Source: Malacoraja senta (taxonomy: Eukaryota). From it: a stretch of DNA of 64,000 bases. The translations under genes and the position numbers were made by a program. Below the pieces are notes generated by a model. The model was not told where the DNA came from. It was given only the letters and a program-made list of their open reading frames with translations, and ran no database searches. Location: contig CM075993.1 of the NCBI GenBank assembly GCA_038087875.1, positions 2,358,001-2,422,000 on the forward strand. Direction: 5' to 3'. This document shows positions 63,633 to 64,000 of the stretch, in pieces; within the stretch, counting starts at the first letter, position 1; each line of letters begins with the position of its first letter.

Positions 63633-64000
63633 ACATAGAAACATAGAAACATAGAAAATAGGTGCAGGAGTAGGCCATCCCATCCCTGCCTTCTCTCCAT
63701 ACCCCCTGATCCCTTTAGCCACAAGGGCCACATCTAACTCCCTCTTAAATATAGCCAATGAACTGGCCTCAATTACCTTCTGTGGCAGAGAATTCCACAG
63801 ATTCACCACTCTCTGTGTAAAAAATGATTTTCTCATCTCGGTCCTAAAAGACTTCCCTCTTATCCTTAAACTGTGACCCCTTGTTCTGGACTTCCCCAAC
63901 ATCGGGAATAATCTTCCTGCATCTAGCCTGTCCAACCCCTTAAGAATTTTGTAAGTTTCTATAAGATCCCCCCTCAATCTTCTAAATTCTAGCGTGTACA
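63633..64000 (-). mobile_element. Young CR1 LINE 3' fragment (runs off the window)
   Basis: Same RT C-terminal sequence as the other young copies, with a small deletion in the 3' UTR. Confidence 0.9.

Larger units (their letters stand above)
33036..64000 (+). other. HCN4: HCN4 intron 1 (>30.9 kb, continues beyond the window)
   Basis: No ORF encoding the expected exon 2 (FYWDLTMLLLMVGN..., ~140 codons) in the track or found by eye. Confidence 0.8.

Overview
Vertebrate genomic DNA, most likely a cartilaginous fish (skate or ray; inferred from the HE1/V-SINE-like, CR1 and Penelope repeat content). Two genes lie head to head about 15.3 kb apart. REC114 (meiotic DSB factor) is on the minus strand, with coding exons 1 and 2 at 17030-16857 and 15132-15040. 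HCN4 (pacemaker channel) is on the plus strand, with coding exon 1 at 32365-33035 and intron 1 running past the window end. This matches the REC114-HCN4 arrangement I recall from human 15q24. The rest is intron or intergenic DNA dense with nested retroelements (CR1, L2, Rex1/Babar, Tx1, RTE-like, Penelope-like, V-SINE, DeuSINE-like) and MITEs. The main finding is a ~135-bp SINE-like family (3 copies, 10-12 bp TSDs, (GAA)n tail). Its 5' end is a minimal HDV/CPEB3-type ribozyme fold, and in two copies the element starts exactly at the predicted cleavage site. A second family of Penelope-derived short fold-back elements carries minimal hammerhead cores. All homology calls come from my recognition of the sequence; no searches were run.
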